Under the pieces are notes generated by a model. It saw nothing but the letters and a program-made list of their open reading frames with translations. It was not told the origin of the DNA and searched no databases. Shown here one piece after another: positions 18,515-28,588 of a stretch of DNA of 64,000 nucleotides. The stretch comes from Candidatus Rokuibacteriota bacterium (GTDB taxonomy: Bacteria; Methylomirabilota; Methylomirabilia; Rokubacteriales; CSP1-6): the NCBI GenBank assembly GCA_016188005.1, contig JACPIQ010000008.1, positions 256,509 through 320,508 of the forward strand, given 5' to 3'. Both the position numbers and the translations under genes were made by a program. Positions within the stretch are counted from its first letter, which is position 1; every line of letters starts with the position of its first letter.

Positions 18515-19641
18515 GGCGACGGCGCCCGCCGCGAGAGGAGCCCGAGATAGATTGCTTCCACATCGGCGGCGTGCCGCGCGGGGCTGAACGACTCCTCGGC
18601 GCGGCGCCGCCCCGCCTCTCCCATGGCGCGGGCGCGCGCAGGCTCCGCCACGACCGCGCGCAGCGCCGCCGCCACCGACTCGGGACGCTCGTCGTCCACC
18701 AGCAAACCGGTGCTCCCGTGCACGATCGCCTCCGGCAGGGCGCCGAGCCGCCTGGCGATCACGGGGCAGCCTGCCGCCATCGCCTCGAGCGCAGCCCGGC
18801 AGGACTCGTCCGAGCCCGCCGCCATCAGCGCGAACACGTCGAGGGCCCGGAGGACGGCCGGAAGATCGGCGTCACGGTAGCCGGCGAACAGGACCCGGGA
18901 GCCGAGGCCGCGCTCGCGAACCAGCGCCTCGAGCCTCGGCCGTGCCTCCCCCTTCCCCACGAGCAGCAGCCGCGCCTCGGGGTAGTCCGCGAGCAGCCGC
19001 TGGAAGCCCAGGATCAGGAGCTCGTGTCCGCGGTCGTGGGCCAGCCGGGCCACGGATCCGATCACGGGAGCCGTGCCGAGGCCGAGCTCCGCGCGCACCG
19101 CCTTGCCGTCCGCGCCCGCGGCGAAGCGCGCCAGGTCCACCACCCCCCCCACGCGGAAGACGCGCGCGGGGTCCAGGGCGAGGTGCCGGCAGTGCTCCTC
19201 GATCTGACGGCTCACGGCGATCAGGGCATCGCTCTGCCGGTACAGCCACGTCGAGGGCCACGGCCGTCCCACCGCCCGCTGGTTGTGGAATGTCCTCACC
19301 AGCACCGCCCTCCCGCGACTCAGCAGCCCGAGCCAGTGATCGTGGGAGTGGTGGACGTGAACCACGTCGACCTGCTCCCGCCGCACCAGTCGCCGGAGGC
19401 GCAACACGTCGCCGACCATCGCCGCCGGACGGAACCTCGCCTCGAGGGACAGCCCGATCAGAGGCTCGATCCCCGCCTCGCGGGCCTTGGCCTCGAAGCG
19501 GTCGCCCGGGATGAGCGCCAGGAGCGCCCGATGGCCACGACCCTCGAGCCCCTTCACCAGGCGGATCACCGGGTCGGCGCTCCCCGTCCACCAGCGGTTG
19601 GCGCAGAGCTGGAGCACCGTCACCCGCCGGGATGCGCTCAT
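18511..19641 (-). CDS. GT4 glycosyltransferase (array member 4)
   Basis: MSASRRVTVLQLCANRWWTGSADPV...MAAGSDESCRAALEAMAAGCPVI. ATGA overlaps. Confidence 0.8.
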   Translation of the reverse strand: MSASRRVTVLQLCANRWWTGSADPVIRLVKGLEGRGHRALLALIPGDRFEAKAREAGIEPLIGLSLEARFRPAAMVGDVLRLRRLVRREQVDVVHVHHSHDHWLGLLSRGRAVLVRTFHNQRAVGRPWPSTWLYRQSDALIAVSRQIEEHCRHLALDPARVFRVGGVVDLARFAAGADGKAVRAELGLGTAPVIGSVARLAHDRGHELLILGFQRLLADYPEARLLLVGKGEARPRLEALVRERGLGSRVLFAGYRDADLPAVLRALDVFALMAAGSDESCRAALEAMAAGCPVIARRLGALPEAIVHGSTGLLVDDERPESVAAALRAVVAEPARARAMGEAGRRRAEESFSPARHAADVEAIYLGLLSRRAPSP

Positions 19642-20717
19642 GCCAGCACTTCTTCGTACAGGCCAAGCAGCCGCGAGATGGAGGTATCCCGCGAGAAACG
19701 CTCTCCCACCAGGGCCCGCCCGGCGCGCGCGCGCGCCGCAGCGGCCCCGGGGTCGGCCAGCACGGCCTCGACTGCGCGGGCCAGCGCCGGAGCATCCCCG
19801 GGGGGAGCCAGGAGCCCGGTGACGCCGTCCCGGATCAGCTCGGGGACCCCCCCAACGGCGCTGCCCACGACGGGGGTCCCCGCCGCGAAGGCCTGGAGAA
19901 GGGACTGGGGCACGCCCTCGGTGCGCGTCGAGGCCAGCACGAAGCAGTCCATGGCCGCGAGCAGCGGGGGCACATCGCGGCGGAACCCGGTGAAGAGGAC
20001 CGAGTCACCCAGGCCGCGCGCCTTCGCCAGTGATTCCACCCAGGCGCGGCGCCCTCCATCGCCTACCAGGAGGAGGCGCGCCGTCGGATGCTTCCCGCGG
20101 ACAAGACAGAAGGCCTCGAGCAGGACGTGGTGGCCCTTCGAGCCCCTGAACATGGCGACCGAGCCGATGACCGGACGAGAGAGCCCGAGCGACCTCGCCG
20201 CCTCTTCGCCCCCCTGGAGCCCCTCGAAGTCCTCGAGCCTCACCCCGGCCGGAATGGCGATCACCCTGTCGGGCGCCACGCCCGCCGCGATCACCACGGC
20301 CCGGACCGCCTCCCCGCTGGTGATCACGCGATCGGCCAGCCACTGGTACACGGGATTCAGCCCGCGGCGGATGGGGATGGACACGTGCCGGGTCCGCACC
20401 ACGGGCACCCGGGCCAGGCGCGCCGCCATCCCGGCGACCCACCCGTCGATGGAGCTGTGGGTGTGGACGATGCCGACATCCTCCCGGCGGATCAGCGCCG
20501 CGAGCCTGAGGACGGCCGGGAGATCCCATGCCCCGCGCATCCCCACCGCGACGGCCTGCAGGCCCCGCATCCGCGCGTGCTGGTGGAGGTGGCTCTCCGG
20601 CTGGCAGGCGAGGAGCACCCGCCACCCCCGCCCCACTGTGGCCTCGGCCTCGTCGAGGGTCCGGAGCTCCTGCCCGCCAAGGCCGCGCGAGGCCTCCGTG
20701 TGCAGCACGGTGTTCAC
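19638..20717 (-). CDS. GT4 glycosyltransferase (array member 5)
   Basis: VNTVLHTEASRGLGGQELRTLDEA...ASTRTEGVPQSLLQAFAAGTPVV. Trimmed to the GTG at 20717 (GTGA overlap with the upstream GT9 stop). Confidence 0.8.
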   Translation of the reverse strand: MNTVLHTEASRGLGGQELRTLDEAEATVGRGWRVLLACQPESHLHQHARMRGLQAVAVGMRGAWDLPAVLRLAALIRREDVGIVHTHSSIDGWVAGMAARLARVPVVRTRHVSIPIRRGLNPVYQWLADRVITSGEAVRAVVIAAGVAPDRVIAIPAGVRLEDFEGLQGGEEAARSLGLSRPVIGSVAMFRGSKGHHVLLEAFCLVRGKHPTARLLLVGDGGRRAWVESLAKARGLGDSVLFTGFRRDVPPLLAAMDCFVLASTRTEGVPQSLLQAFAAGTPVVGSAVGGVPELIRDGVTGLLAPPGDAPALARAVEAVLADPGAAAARARAGRALVGERFSRDTSISRLLGLYEEVLA

Positions 20718-21712
20718 GAAGCGATCGCCTCGCGCACGCGCTGCTCCACATCGGCCACCGTGATCGCCCGCATGCAGGGGTGGTCGATGGGGCACTCGGA
20801 GCGAAAGCACGGAGCGCAGGGCGCGCCCGGGCTGACGATCCGGGCCTGCGGCGAGCGCGGCGCGGTGCGCCGCGGGTCGGTGGGGCCGAAGAGCGTCACC
20901 GTGGGCACACCCAGGGCCGCCCCGAGGTGCGCCACGCCTGTGTCGCCGCTGACCAGGCAGCAGAGCCGCGAGAGGAGATGGGGCAGGAGCTCCGCCCGGT
21001 CGCGCCCTGCCAGCGACGGCGGGCGGGAGCGCGCCGAGGAGGCGATCTCCTGCCCGGCGGCAAGGTCGGCCGGGGCGCCGAGCAAGAGGGGCGCGAAGCC
21101 GCCGTCAGCCAGCGCATCGGCCAGGGCAGCATACGAGGACCCCGCCCATCGCTTCGCCCCTCCGCCAGCAGCGCCGGGATGCAATCCCACGAGCCGCGCC
21201 CGGCCCCGGAGCCCCGCCTCGGCGAGCAGGCTGTCCACTTCGGCCTCGGCCGGGGCCCGCGGGGCCAGGCGCCACGTCGGCCACTCGCCGGGAGTGTCCA
21301 CGCCGGCCGCCCGCACCAGCAACCGATACTCGTCCACCTGGTGGAGGCGCGGCGCCGGCAGCGGGAGCGCGTCGGTGAGCAACGGGCCACGCCCATCGCC
21401 GGCGAAACCGACCCTGCGGCGCGCGCGCCAGCGCCGCGCCGCGAGCGCTGACTCGAAGGAGTTGGGCAGCAGGAGCGCCAGATCCGCGGGCTCATCACCA
21501 AGGGCCCGCGCGAAGCGACGGCGGTCCACCCAGTGGCCGGGGTAGTCGAGCAGCAGGTCCGCGACGCCCTGGCCGGCGAGGAGCCGAGCCCAGCGGCCCA
21601 CGATGGCGATGCGCGCCCGGGGCTCCCCGACCCGCAGGGCGGAGAGGGCGGGCAGCGCCATGACGGTATCGCCAAGCCAGTTCGGAGCGCGCACCACGAT
21701 GACCGGGCCCAT
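20714..21712 (-). CDS. ADP-heptose:LPS heptosyltransferase (GT9, WaaF/WaaC family)
   Basis: MGPVIVVRAPNWLGDTVMALPAL...VSGDTGVAHLGAALGVPTVTLFGPT. ATG at 21712, 8 nt after the lpxK TAG. The 523-aa track ORF N-terminus is a read-through of lpxK. Confidence 0.8.
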   Translation of the reverse strand: MGPVIVVRAPNWLGDTVMALPALSALRVGEPRARIAIVGRWARLLAGQGVADLLLDYPGHWVDRRRFARALGDEPADLALLLPNSFESALAARRWRARRRVGFAGDGRGPLLTDALPLPAPRLHQVDEYRLLVRAAGVDTPGEWPTWRLAPRAPAEAEVDSLLAEAGLRGRARLVGLHPGAAGGGAKRWAGSSYAALADALADGGFAPLLLGAPADLAAGQEIASSARSRPPSLAGRDRAELLPHLLSRLCCLVSGDTGVAHLGAALGVPTVTLFGPTDPRRTAPRSPQARIVSPGAPCAPCFRSECPIDHPCMRAITVADVEQRVREAIAS

Positions 21713-21720
21713 GACGCGAT

Positions 21721-22845
21721 CTAGCTCGCCGCGACAGAGCCGCCTAGCGCTCGCCCCAGCACCTCGTGCCATGCCGCGTGACCCGGGTCCAGCACCATTC
21801 TGACGCTCAAGACCCACACAGGCCGCGGCGGCGGGGGCAGCCCTCTGAGGCGGACCCAGTCCTTCTCGGTCGTGATGAGGCCCTCGGCGCCGGCGACATC
21901 GGCCTGCCGCACCAGCGCGGAGAGATCCTCCGCCGCGTACCAGTGGTGATCCTGGAACTCGACGAAGCCGGCCAGTGCTACGCCGAGGCAGGCGAGAGTC
22001 TCTCGGAAGCTGCGGGGCGAGGCCAGCCCCGCGAAGCCGAGCAGCCGGCGCCCCTGCACCACATGCGGCGGGAGCCGCTCGCCCCCGCCGGTGTCGCGCA
22101 CGCCCACGACCTCGTAGCCGCCCCCGACGACCGGCGCCGTGCAGCCGTGGCGTTCCAGCATTCGCGGGATGCCGGATGCCGTCATGCGCCGACCTCCGTT
22201 GGTGACGACGACCAGGTGCGCCCGCCTCAGCGCCCCCAGCGGCTCGCGCAGCGGTCCCGCGGGGAAGAGCCGGCCATTCCCCCACGGAGCCCTGGCGCTC
22301 ACCGCCACCACCTCCACGTCCTTCGCGATGGTCCGGTTCTGGAAGGCGTCATCCAGGACGATGACCGAGGCGCCCAGCGCCTCCAGCGCGAGCCGCCCCG
22401 CCTCGTAGCGGTTCTCGCCCACCACCACGGGCATGCCCGGAAGCCGCTCGGCAAGGAGCACCGGCTCGTCCCCCGCCGCCCGCGGGCCGAGCCGGATCCC
22501 CGCGCGGTCGGCCACCACCTGCACCCCGCGGGTGTCGCGGCGGTAGCCGCGGCTCACGACAGCGGGCCGGGCCCCCAGCTCTGCGAGAGTCAGGGCCGCC
22601 AGCTCCACCAGGGGGGTCTTCCCGCTCCCGCCCACTGTCAGGTTACCGATGGAGATCACGGGGCATGGCAAGCGTCCGGTGCGGAGAACGCCCAGATCGT
22701 AGAGGCGCTCGCGAGCAGCGAGCGCGCAGCGGTAGCCCACGGCGAGCCCGCCCAGCCCCGCAGCCAGGACGGGATGCGTGCCCTCCTCCCAGGCGCGCAG
22801 GAGCCAGCTCTCCGGGTCGCTGCGCCTGGCCCGCGCCTCACTCAT
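21721..22845 (-). CDS. lpxK: tetraacyldisaccharide 4'-kinase
   Basis: ...ISIGNLTVGGSGKTP is the LpxK P-loop, with full-length homology. ATG start. Confidence 0.85.
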   Translation of the reverse strand: MSEARARRSDPESWLLRAWEEGTHPVLAAGLGGLAVGYRCALAARERLYDLGVLRTGRLPCPVISIGNLTVGGSGKTPLVELAALTLAELGARPAVVSRGYRRDTRGVQVVADRAGIRLGPRAAGDEPVLLAERLPGMPVVVGENRYEAGRLALEALGASVIVLDDAFQNRTIAKDVEVVAVSARAPWGNGRLFPAGPLREPLGALRRAHLVVVTNGGRRMTASGIPRMLERHGCTAPVVGGGYEVVGVRDTGGGERLPPHVVQGRRLLGFAGLASPRSFRETLACLGVALAGFVEFQDHHWYAAEDLSALVRQADVAGAEGLITTEKDWVRLRGLPPPPRPVWVLSVRMVLDPGHAAWHEVLGRALGGSVAAS

Positions 22846-24145
22846 GACGCGCCGCCGGCACCTGGGCGGAAGGCTTCGGGTACAGGTACCGGGCGATCAG
22901 ATCGAGGGTCGCCTGCACCGCGCCCTGCCGGCCCACCACCGCCTGGAAGGCCGCCTCCCCCATGCTCTTGGCAAGCCCAGGATCGTCGAGGAGGCTCTGC
23001 GCCGCGCGCTCCAGCTCGGCCCCGTCACGCACCACCAGGGCGCCGCCCGCCGTCGTGAGGAGCTCGGCGCTCTCGCGGAAGTTGCCCGTGTGAGGTCCGA
23101 AGAGCACCGGCTTCATCCGGAGTGCCGGCTCGAGCATGTTGTGCCCGCCCCTCGGCACCAGGCTTCCACCGACGAAGACCAACTCCGCCACGCGGTAGAG
23201 CTGCGCCAGCTCTCCGACGGTGTCGAGCACGATCACTGCCCGGCGTCCCCGCTTCCGCGGCAGCTGGCTCCGGCGAACCGTCACGAGCCCGCGGGACGCC
23301 AGGAGACGCTCCACTTCGGGCACGCGCTCTGGGTGGCGGGGCGCCAGCAGCAGGGTCAGCTCCGGGAAGGCCGCCGAGAGCCGCTGGAACGCCTCGGCAA
23401 CGGTCTCCTCCTCGCCAGGATGCGTGCTGCCGGCGATCCAGACGCGCTCCCCGGGGGCAAGACCCAGGAGTCGCTCCCACAGATCCCGCGCGCCGGGGTC
23501 CTCGGGCTCCTGGTCGGCCTTGAGGCTCCCGGTGACCACGACGCGTTCAGGTGGCGCCCCCAGCGCGATGATCCGCCGTGCGTCCTCCTGGGACTGCATG
23601 GCGAAGATCGAGATCTGCGCGAGGACCCTGCGCATGACGACGCGCACTCTCCGGTAGCGGCGGAAGGAGCGATCCGAGATCCGCCCGTTGGCGATCATGC
23701 CCGGCACCCCGCGACGCCCCAGCGCGCGGAAGAAGTTGGGCCAGAGCTCGGTCTCCATGCCGATGAAGAAGCACGGACGGACGCCCCGGAGCGCGCGGCC
23801 CACGGGCCCGGGCAGGTCCAGCGGGAAGTAGCGGTGCGTCGCCAGCGTCGCGAGCCGACCCTCCACGATCCGTGCGCCGGTGGGCGTCACGGTGGTGAGC
23901 ACCACCGCCAGCTCGGGCCAGCGCCGCCGGATGCCCTCCACCAGCGGAATCGCGGTGACCGACTCGCCCACGGACACCGCATGGATCCAGCAGCGGGGCT
24001 CAGGCGGAAGCCCCCGCCCGATACTCCCCAGGCGCTCACCGAGATGGGCCGGGTGGCCGCGGCCCGCGAGGCGTCGGGCCAAGAGCACGGGCGCGTAACC
24101 CAGGAGCGCCGCCGACAACGCCACCGAGTAGAGGGCGTGGATCAC
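22838..24145 (-). CDS. waaA: 3-deoxy-D-manno-octulosonic acid (Kdo) transferase
   Basis: ...IHAVSVGESVTAIPLVEGIRRRWP...HPGEEE... is a WaaA/KdtA GT30 fold. Trimmed to the GTG at 24145 (GTGA overlap with the DUF374 gene stop). Confidence 0.85.
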   Translation of the reverse strand: MIHALYSVALSAALLGYAPVLLARRLAGRGHPAHLGERLGSIGRGLPPEPRCWIHAVSVGESVTAIPLVEGIRRRWPELAVVLTTVTPTGARIVEGRLATLATHRYFPLDLPGPVGRALRGVRPCFFIGMETELWPNFFRALGRRGVPGMIANGRISDRSFRRYRRVRVVMRRVLAQISIFAMQSQEDARRIIALGAPPERVVVTGSLKADQEPEDPGARDLWERLLGLAPGERVWIAGSTHPGEEETVAEAFQRLSAAFPELTLLLAPRHPERVPEVERLLASRGLVTVRRSQLPRKRGRRAVIVLDTVGELAQLYRVAELVFVGGSLVPRGGHNMLEPALRMKPVLFGPHTGNFRESAELLTTAGGALVVRDGAELERAAQSLLDDPGLAKSMGEAAFQAVVGRQGAVQATLDLIARYLYPKPSAQVPAARHE

Positions 24146-24795
24146 GCGGCAGCCTCCTCGTCGGCGCGCCAGCTCACCGCGCGAAGGGCGGCCTCGATCT
24201 CCTTGCGCGCGGCCTCCTGCGCCTCCCGTCCGCCCCGGCGCGGGACGCGGATGGGTTCCCCGAAGCGCACCACGCACCGGGAGAAGGGACGGGGAATCCG
24301 GAACTCGTCCCACGAGGCCAGGCGCCACTCCGACGAGGTCGCCACCGCCAGCGGAACGACGGCGGCGCCGCTCAGCGCCGCCAGCGTCACGATCCCGGGC
24401 TTGACGATCTCGGGGGGCCCCTTGGGGCCATCAGGCACGATCACTACGCTCCACCCTTCTTGCAGTGCGCGCACGAGTTCCCGGAGCGCCCCGGCGCCAC
24501 CGCGGCTCGACGAGCCCCTCGCAGCGCTGAGCCCGAAGCGCGCCAGGAAGCGCGCCAGGATCTCCCCGTCCCGGGAGCGGCTCACGAGCACCCGCAGTCG
24601 CCGCCCGTGATAGAGGTGCGGCAGCAGGAGCACCCGCGAATGCCAGACGGCGAAGACCAGCGGATCGCGCCGGTTCCACAGGGGCTCCATGGAGCTCTCC
24701 TCGCGCCGGATCGTCAGCGTTTGCGCGAGGAGCCGCACGGCCGCCGCGCCGAGCGCCGGACCCAGCGCCAGCATCAGCCGGGCCGGCCCCCTCAT
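24142..24795 (-). CDS. DUF374-family protein, LpxJ-like putative lipid A late (secondary) acyltransferase
   Basis: 217 aa, ...FAVWHSRVLLLP...GWSVVIVPDGPKGPP... matches the DUF374/lysophospholipid-acyltransferase-like family to which LpxJ belongs. It is translationally coupled between lpxB (ATGA) and waaA (GTGA). Confidence 0.65.
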   Translation of the reverse strand: MRGPARLMLALGPALGAAAVRLLAQTLTIRREESSMEPLWNRRDPLVFAVWHSRVLLLPHLYHGRRLRVLVSRSRDGEILARFLARFGLSAARGSSSRGGAGALRELVRALQEGWSVVIVPDGPKGPPEIVKPGIVTLAALSGAAVVPLAVATSSEWRLASWDEFRIPRPFSRCVVRFGEPIRVPRRGGREAQEAARKEIEAALRAVSWRADEEAAA

Positions 24796-25952
24796 GATCC
24801 GCCCGCCGCTCGCAGCACGGCCAGCGCCGCCCGCCGGCCAACGCCGGGCTCGCCGAGCCTGTCCCTGAGCTCGGCAAAGGCCAGGCGCTGGGCCGCGGCG
24901 GCCTCAGGATCCGCCAGCAGCCGTTGGGCCTCGGCCGCGAGCCGCTCGCCGGAGACGGCCTGCTGCAGGATCTCGGGGACCACACTGCGTCCGGAGACGA
25001 TGTTCGGGAGGCTGATCCACTGGACGCGGATCAGGAGGCGGGAGAGGGCTGCGGTGAGGCGCGACACCCGGTAGCAGACCACCATGGGCCCCCCGAGGAG
25101 CGCCGCTTCGAGCGTGGCTGTCCCCGAAGCCACCAGCAGCGCATCGGCGGCTGCCATGATCTCGTGGGTACGTCCCTCGACCACCTCGATCGGCGGCGAC
25201 CCTGGCGCCCGGGCTCCGAGCGCTCGGTCCAGGAGCTGTCGGTCCACGGCGGGCGCCAGTCCCAGGAGGAAGCGGCGCGAGCTGTCGGCAGCCGCCAGGT
25301 GGCGCGCGGCCCCGAGCATCGGCGGGAGGAGCCGGGCGATCTCCTCTCGCCGGCTCCCGGGAAGGATCCCCACCACTGGCACCTGCCCGCCCAGCCCGAG
25401 CCGCCTGCGCGCCTCCTCGCGCCCCAGTCCCAGCGGGAGCACGTCGAGCAGCGGGTGGCCGACGAACTCGACGGCAATGCCGGCCCCCTCGTAGAGCGCC
25501 CGCTCGAATGGGAAGACCGCGAGGACGCGACTCGAAAGCCTGGCCATGAGCCGCAGCCGCCCGCGGCGCCACGCCCAGAGCTGCGGCGGGATGAAGTAGA
25601 CGACCGGAACCCCCGCCCGGCGGGCCTGGCGCGCGAGCCGCAGGTTGAACTCGGGGAAATCGATGAGGACCAGCGCGCGCGGGCGCTCGCGTCTGAGCCG
25701 GCGCACGAGGGCGCGGTAGGCGCCGTAGAGCTCGGGCAGCCGGCTCACCGCCTCGGTGGCCCCCACGACGGCACGCCGCGTGGGATCGGCGATCAGTTGC
25801 ACGCCGGCCGCAGCCATCCGGGCCCCGCCCATCCCGAAGAGGCGTAGTCCCGGCGCCAGTTCGCGCAGCGCCAGGCAGAGCGTGCCGCCGTGCAAGTCCC
25901 CCGAGGCTTCTCCCGCCGACAGCATGATCGCCCCGGTGTCAGGCCAGGTCAT
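24792..25952 (-). CDS. lpxB: lipid-A-disaccharide synthase
   Basis: MTWPDTGAIMLSAGEASGD aligns with the E. coli LpxB N-terminus (IALVAGETSGD). The start at M25 of the track ORF is at 25952; an alternative ATG lies at 25925. Confidence 0.85.
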   Translation of the reverse strand: MTWPDTGAIMLSAGEASGDLHGGTLCLALRELAPGLRLFGMGGARMAAAGVQLIADPTRRAVVGATEAVSRLPELYGAYRALVRRLRRERPRALVLIDFPEFNLRLARQARRAGVPVVYFIPPQLWAWRRGRLRLMARLSSRVLAVFPFERALYEGAGIAVEFVGHPLLDVLPLGLGREEARRRLGLGGQVPVVGILPGSRREEIARLLPPMLGAARHLAAADSSRRFLLGLAPAVDRQLLDRALGARAPGSPPIEVVEGRTHEIMAAADALLVASGTATLEAALLGGPMVVCYRVSRLTAALSRLLIRVQWISLPNIVSGRSVVPEILQQAVSGERLAAEAQRLLADPEAAAAQRLAFAELRDRLGEPGVGRRAALAVLRAAGGS

Positions 25953-26757
25953 CCTGCCCCTCATCGATGCCGACGAGGGCGATGCTCGCCCTCTCCGCGA
26001 GCCGGATCGCCGTCTCCCGCTCAACGAGGAGCACCTTCCCCCGCGCCACGGCCAGCACGGCGGCGCCGCCCGCCGCCATGACCTCCAGCGTCGCAGGTCC
26101 GATGGTCGGGATGTCGAAGCGGTAATCGTGGTCCGGGGCCACCGCCTTGACCACGACGGCGCCGGGTCCTGCCAGCGCGGTTCCCCGTCTGATGGTCTCG
26201 TCGGTGCCTTCGGCAGCCTCCACGGCCACGGTCACCCCGCGGGAGCGGACCAGGGTTTGGCCGATCCCCTGCGCAGCGAGGCTCCGGGCGAGCCGCCACC
26301 CGGCGCGGACCTCCTCCCACTGCTCCCCGGAGGGGATGCGGCCGGCGAGCACGTCGGCCGTGAACAGCAGCGGCCCCAGGAAGAGGCGTTGATCGAGGAC
26401 CTGCACCCCCATGGCCCCCAGCGTGGCGACGACCATCTCGGCCAGGGCCGCGTCGGAGAGCCCGCGGTCTGCCAGGCGCCGGCCCGCATCATCAGCCCCA
26501 CGGACTTGCGAGAGAGCGGACTGCTTCCAGAACTTCCCCACGAACAGCGCGGCCTCGATCCGCTGCGCCGCGACCTCGGCGAGGACCGACCGGATATCCG
26601 TGAGGCGGCAGGACACAACCCGGTCGGCGAACTCGGCGAGACCGGGGGCATCATCGAAGGCGAAGGCCACGATGCGCCATCCCTGCCGGCGGGCTTCGGC
26701 GGCCGCGCAGCCGGGGAGCACCCCGGCCCCGGCCATCACGCCGAGGCAGCGCTCCAC
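25939..26757 (-). CDS. lpxI: UDP-2,3-diacylglucosamine hydrolase LpxI (DUF1009)
   Basis: ...VMAGAGVLPG...GVTVAVEAAEGTDETIRRG...DIPTIGPATLEV aligns with Caulobacter LpxI. A GTG at 26757 or an ATG at 26736 are the candidate starts. Confidence 0.8.
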   Translation of the reverse strand: MERCLGVMAGAGVLPGCAAAEARRQGWRIVAFAFDDAPGLAEFADRVVSCRLTDIRSVLAEVAAQRIEAALFVGKFWKQSALSQVRGADDAGRRLADRGLSDAALAEMVVATLGAMGVQVLDQRLFLGPLLFTADVLAGRIPSGEQWEEVRAGWRLARSLAAQGIGQTLVRSRGVTVAVEAAEGTDETIRRGTALAGPGAVVVKAVAPDHDYRFDIPTIGPATLEVMAAGGAAVLAVARGKVLLVERETAIRLAERASIALVGIDEGQDDLA

Positions 26758-27767
26758 GGAAGATCCTCCGGCCAGGCGGTTTCTCCCCGACCCTCGCGGA
26801 TCATCCGCTCGACCTCCAGCGCCACGGCCAGGGAGCGCAGGTCCTCCGCCTCGGCCAGCTCCGCGCGCCCCGTGGCCTGGGCGGCTCGGGCCGTCGAGAT
26901 GAGGTGGCGCAGCTCCAGCTTCAAGGGGTTGTCCTTGTGGACGAAGAGATGCTCGACGAACGACGCCTGCCGATAGCGGATCGCCTCGCGGTTCACGCTG
27001 TACTCCTGCGCCGCCCGCCGGTGGATCTGGATGTCCTGGTCCAGGTAGTCGAGCGTGATGTAGGCGTCAGGCTGCGTGATGGCGAGGGTCCGGATCTTCT
27101 CCTCCGTGGCGCGGCTGGCCGTGATGGTGGCCATGGTGCCCGAGTCGAAGACCACTTGCACGTTGGCCACATCCGCCAGCCCGGAGACCACCGACGAGCC
27201 CACCGCCGTCACCTTGCGGGGCTCGCCGTCCACCAGCCCCAGGACGATGTCGATGTCGTGGATCATGAGGTCCATGACCACCGAGTCGTTCTGCACGCGC
27301 GGGGCGAAGGGGCCCAGACGCCGTGACTCGATCAGGATCGGCCGCTCGACGATCTTGCGGAGCTCCTGCACGGCGCCGTTGAAGCGCTCCACGTGCCCAA
27401 CGTGGAGCACGCTCCCGTGGTGCCGCGCGACCCGGAAGAGCTCCTTGGCCTCCTCGAGCGTGGTGGTCATGGGCTTCTCGACGAGGACGTGGATCCCCGC
27501 CTCTAGGAGATCGCGGGTGACCTCGAAGTGGCGATGTGTGGGAACGGCCACGGTCGCCACGTCCACGAGGCCCCGCAGCTCGCGGTGGTCCTGGAAGGCG
27601 CGCGTGCCGTAGCTGGCGGCCAGCTGCCGGGCGCGCTCCCTGTCGACGTCCACAATTCCCGCCAGCTCGGCCTCCCACAGCTCCATGAAGGCCAGGATGT
27701 GGTACTGCCCCATGTGCCCGGCGCCCACCACGCCCGCGCGGATCTTCGGCTCGACGACCGGCCTCAC
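26736..27767 (-). CDS. Gfo/Idh/MocA-family NAD(P)-dependent oxidoreductase inside the lpx cluster (GnnA-like candidate)
   Basis: [24 protein letters not shown] is a Rossmann motif, and ...VEKPM... is the GFO_IDH_MocA consensus. GTG start overlapping the lpxA TGA (GTGA). Confidence 0.7.
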   Translation of the reverse strand: MRPVVEPKIRAGVVGAGHMGQYHILAFMELWEAELAGIVDVDRERARQLAASYGTRAFQDHRELRGLVDVATVAVPTHRHFEVTRDLLEAGIHVLVEKPMTTTLEEAKELFRVARHHGSVLHVGHVERFNGAVQELRKIVERPILIESRRLGPFAPRVQNDSVVMDLMIHDIDIVLGLVDGEPRKVTAVGSSVVSGLADVANVQVVFDSGTMATITASRATEEKIRTLAITQPDAYITLDYLDQDIQIHRRAAQEYSVNREAIRYRQASFVEHLFVHKDNPLKLELRHLISTARAAQATGRAELAEAEDLRSLAVALEVERMIREGRGETAWPEDLPWSAASA

Positions 27768-28588
27768 GCCGTTGCCTCCTCGTCCCCGCCGCCGCCCGCC
27801 GCCGCGCTCCGGGCCGGACCCGCCACGATGCCGCGCCGGGAGCCCTCGATGAACTCCAGCATCCTGGCCACCACCGGCCGGTCACCCATCTCCGCCTTGA
27901 GACGGGCCGCCGCCGCAGCCGTCGCGAGCCCCGAGCGGTACAGGATCCGGAAGGCCTCCTGCGCCTGGCGGCGTGCGCCGGCGTCCAGCCCGCCGCGGCG
28001 CATGCCCACCACGTTGACGGTGCGCGCGACGGCGGGAACGCCGTCGGCCACGATGAAAGGCGGCACATCCTGCGTCACCTTGGAGCAGCCACCGACATAG
28101 GCGAACGTCCCCAGCCGGGTGAAGGGGTGGACCCCGGAGAGCCCCCCGACGGTGGCCCGGTCCTCCACCGTGACGTGGCCCGTGAGCCCCGCGGCGTTGA
28201 TGATGATGACGTGGTCACCGATGACACAGTCGTGGGCCACGTGACAGCTCGCCATGAGGAGACAGTGCGACCCGATGCGCGTGTCGTGCCCCTCCCGGGT
28301 CGCGTGGTGGATCGTGACGTACTCCCGGATCACCGTGCCGTCGCCCACCGAGACTCCCACCGGGAGGCCCGGCCGGTACTTGAGGTCCTGGGGCGCAGCC
28401 CCCAGGATGGCGCCGTGGCCGACGCGGCAGCGGGCGCCGATGCGCACGCGGCCCTCCAGCACCGCATGCGCGCCGATCTCCGTGTCGTCCCCTACCTCGA
28501 CCTCTGGCCCGATCACCGTTCCAGGCCCCACGCGCACGCCGGACCCCAGGCAGGCCCGGGGGTCCACGTGAGCCGCCGGGTGGATCAC
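27764..28588 (-). CDS. lpxA: acyl-ACP--UDP-N-acetylglucosamine O-acyltransferase
   Basis: [44 protein letters not shown] shows hexapeptide repeats plus an LpxA C-terminal helical domain. GTG start, ATGA-style overlap with lpxD. Confidence 0.9.
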   Translation of the reverse strand: MIHPAAHVDPRACLGSGVRVGPGTVIGPEVEVGDDTEIGAHAVLEGRVRIGARCRVGHGAILGAAPQDLKYRPGLPVGVSVGDGTVIREYVTIHHATREGHDTRIGSHCLLMASCHVAHDCVIGDHVIIINAAGLTGHVTVEDRATVGGLSGVHPFTRLGTFAYVGGCSKVTQDVPPFIVADGVPAVARTVNVVGMRRGGLDAGARRQAQEAFRILYRSGLATAAAAARLKAEMGDRPVVARMLEFIEGSRRGIVAGPARSAAAGGGGDEEATA

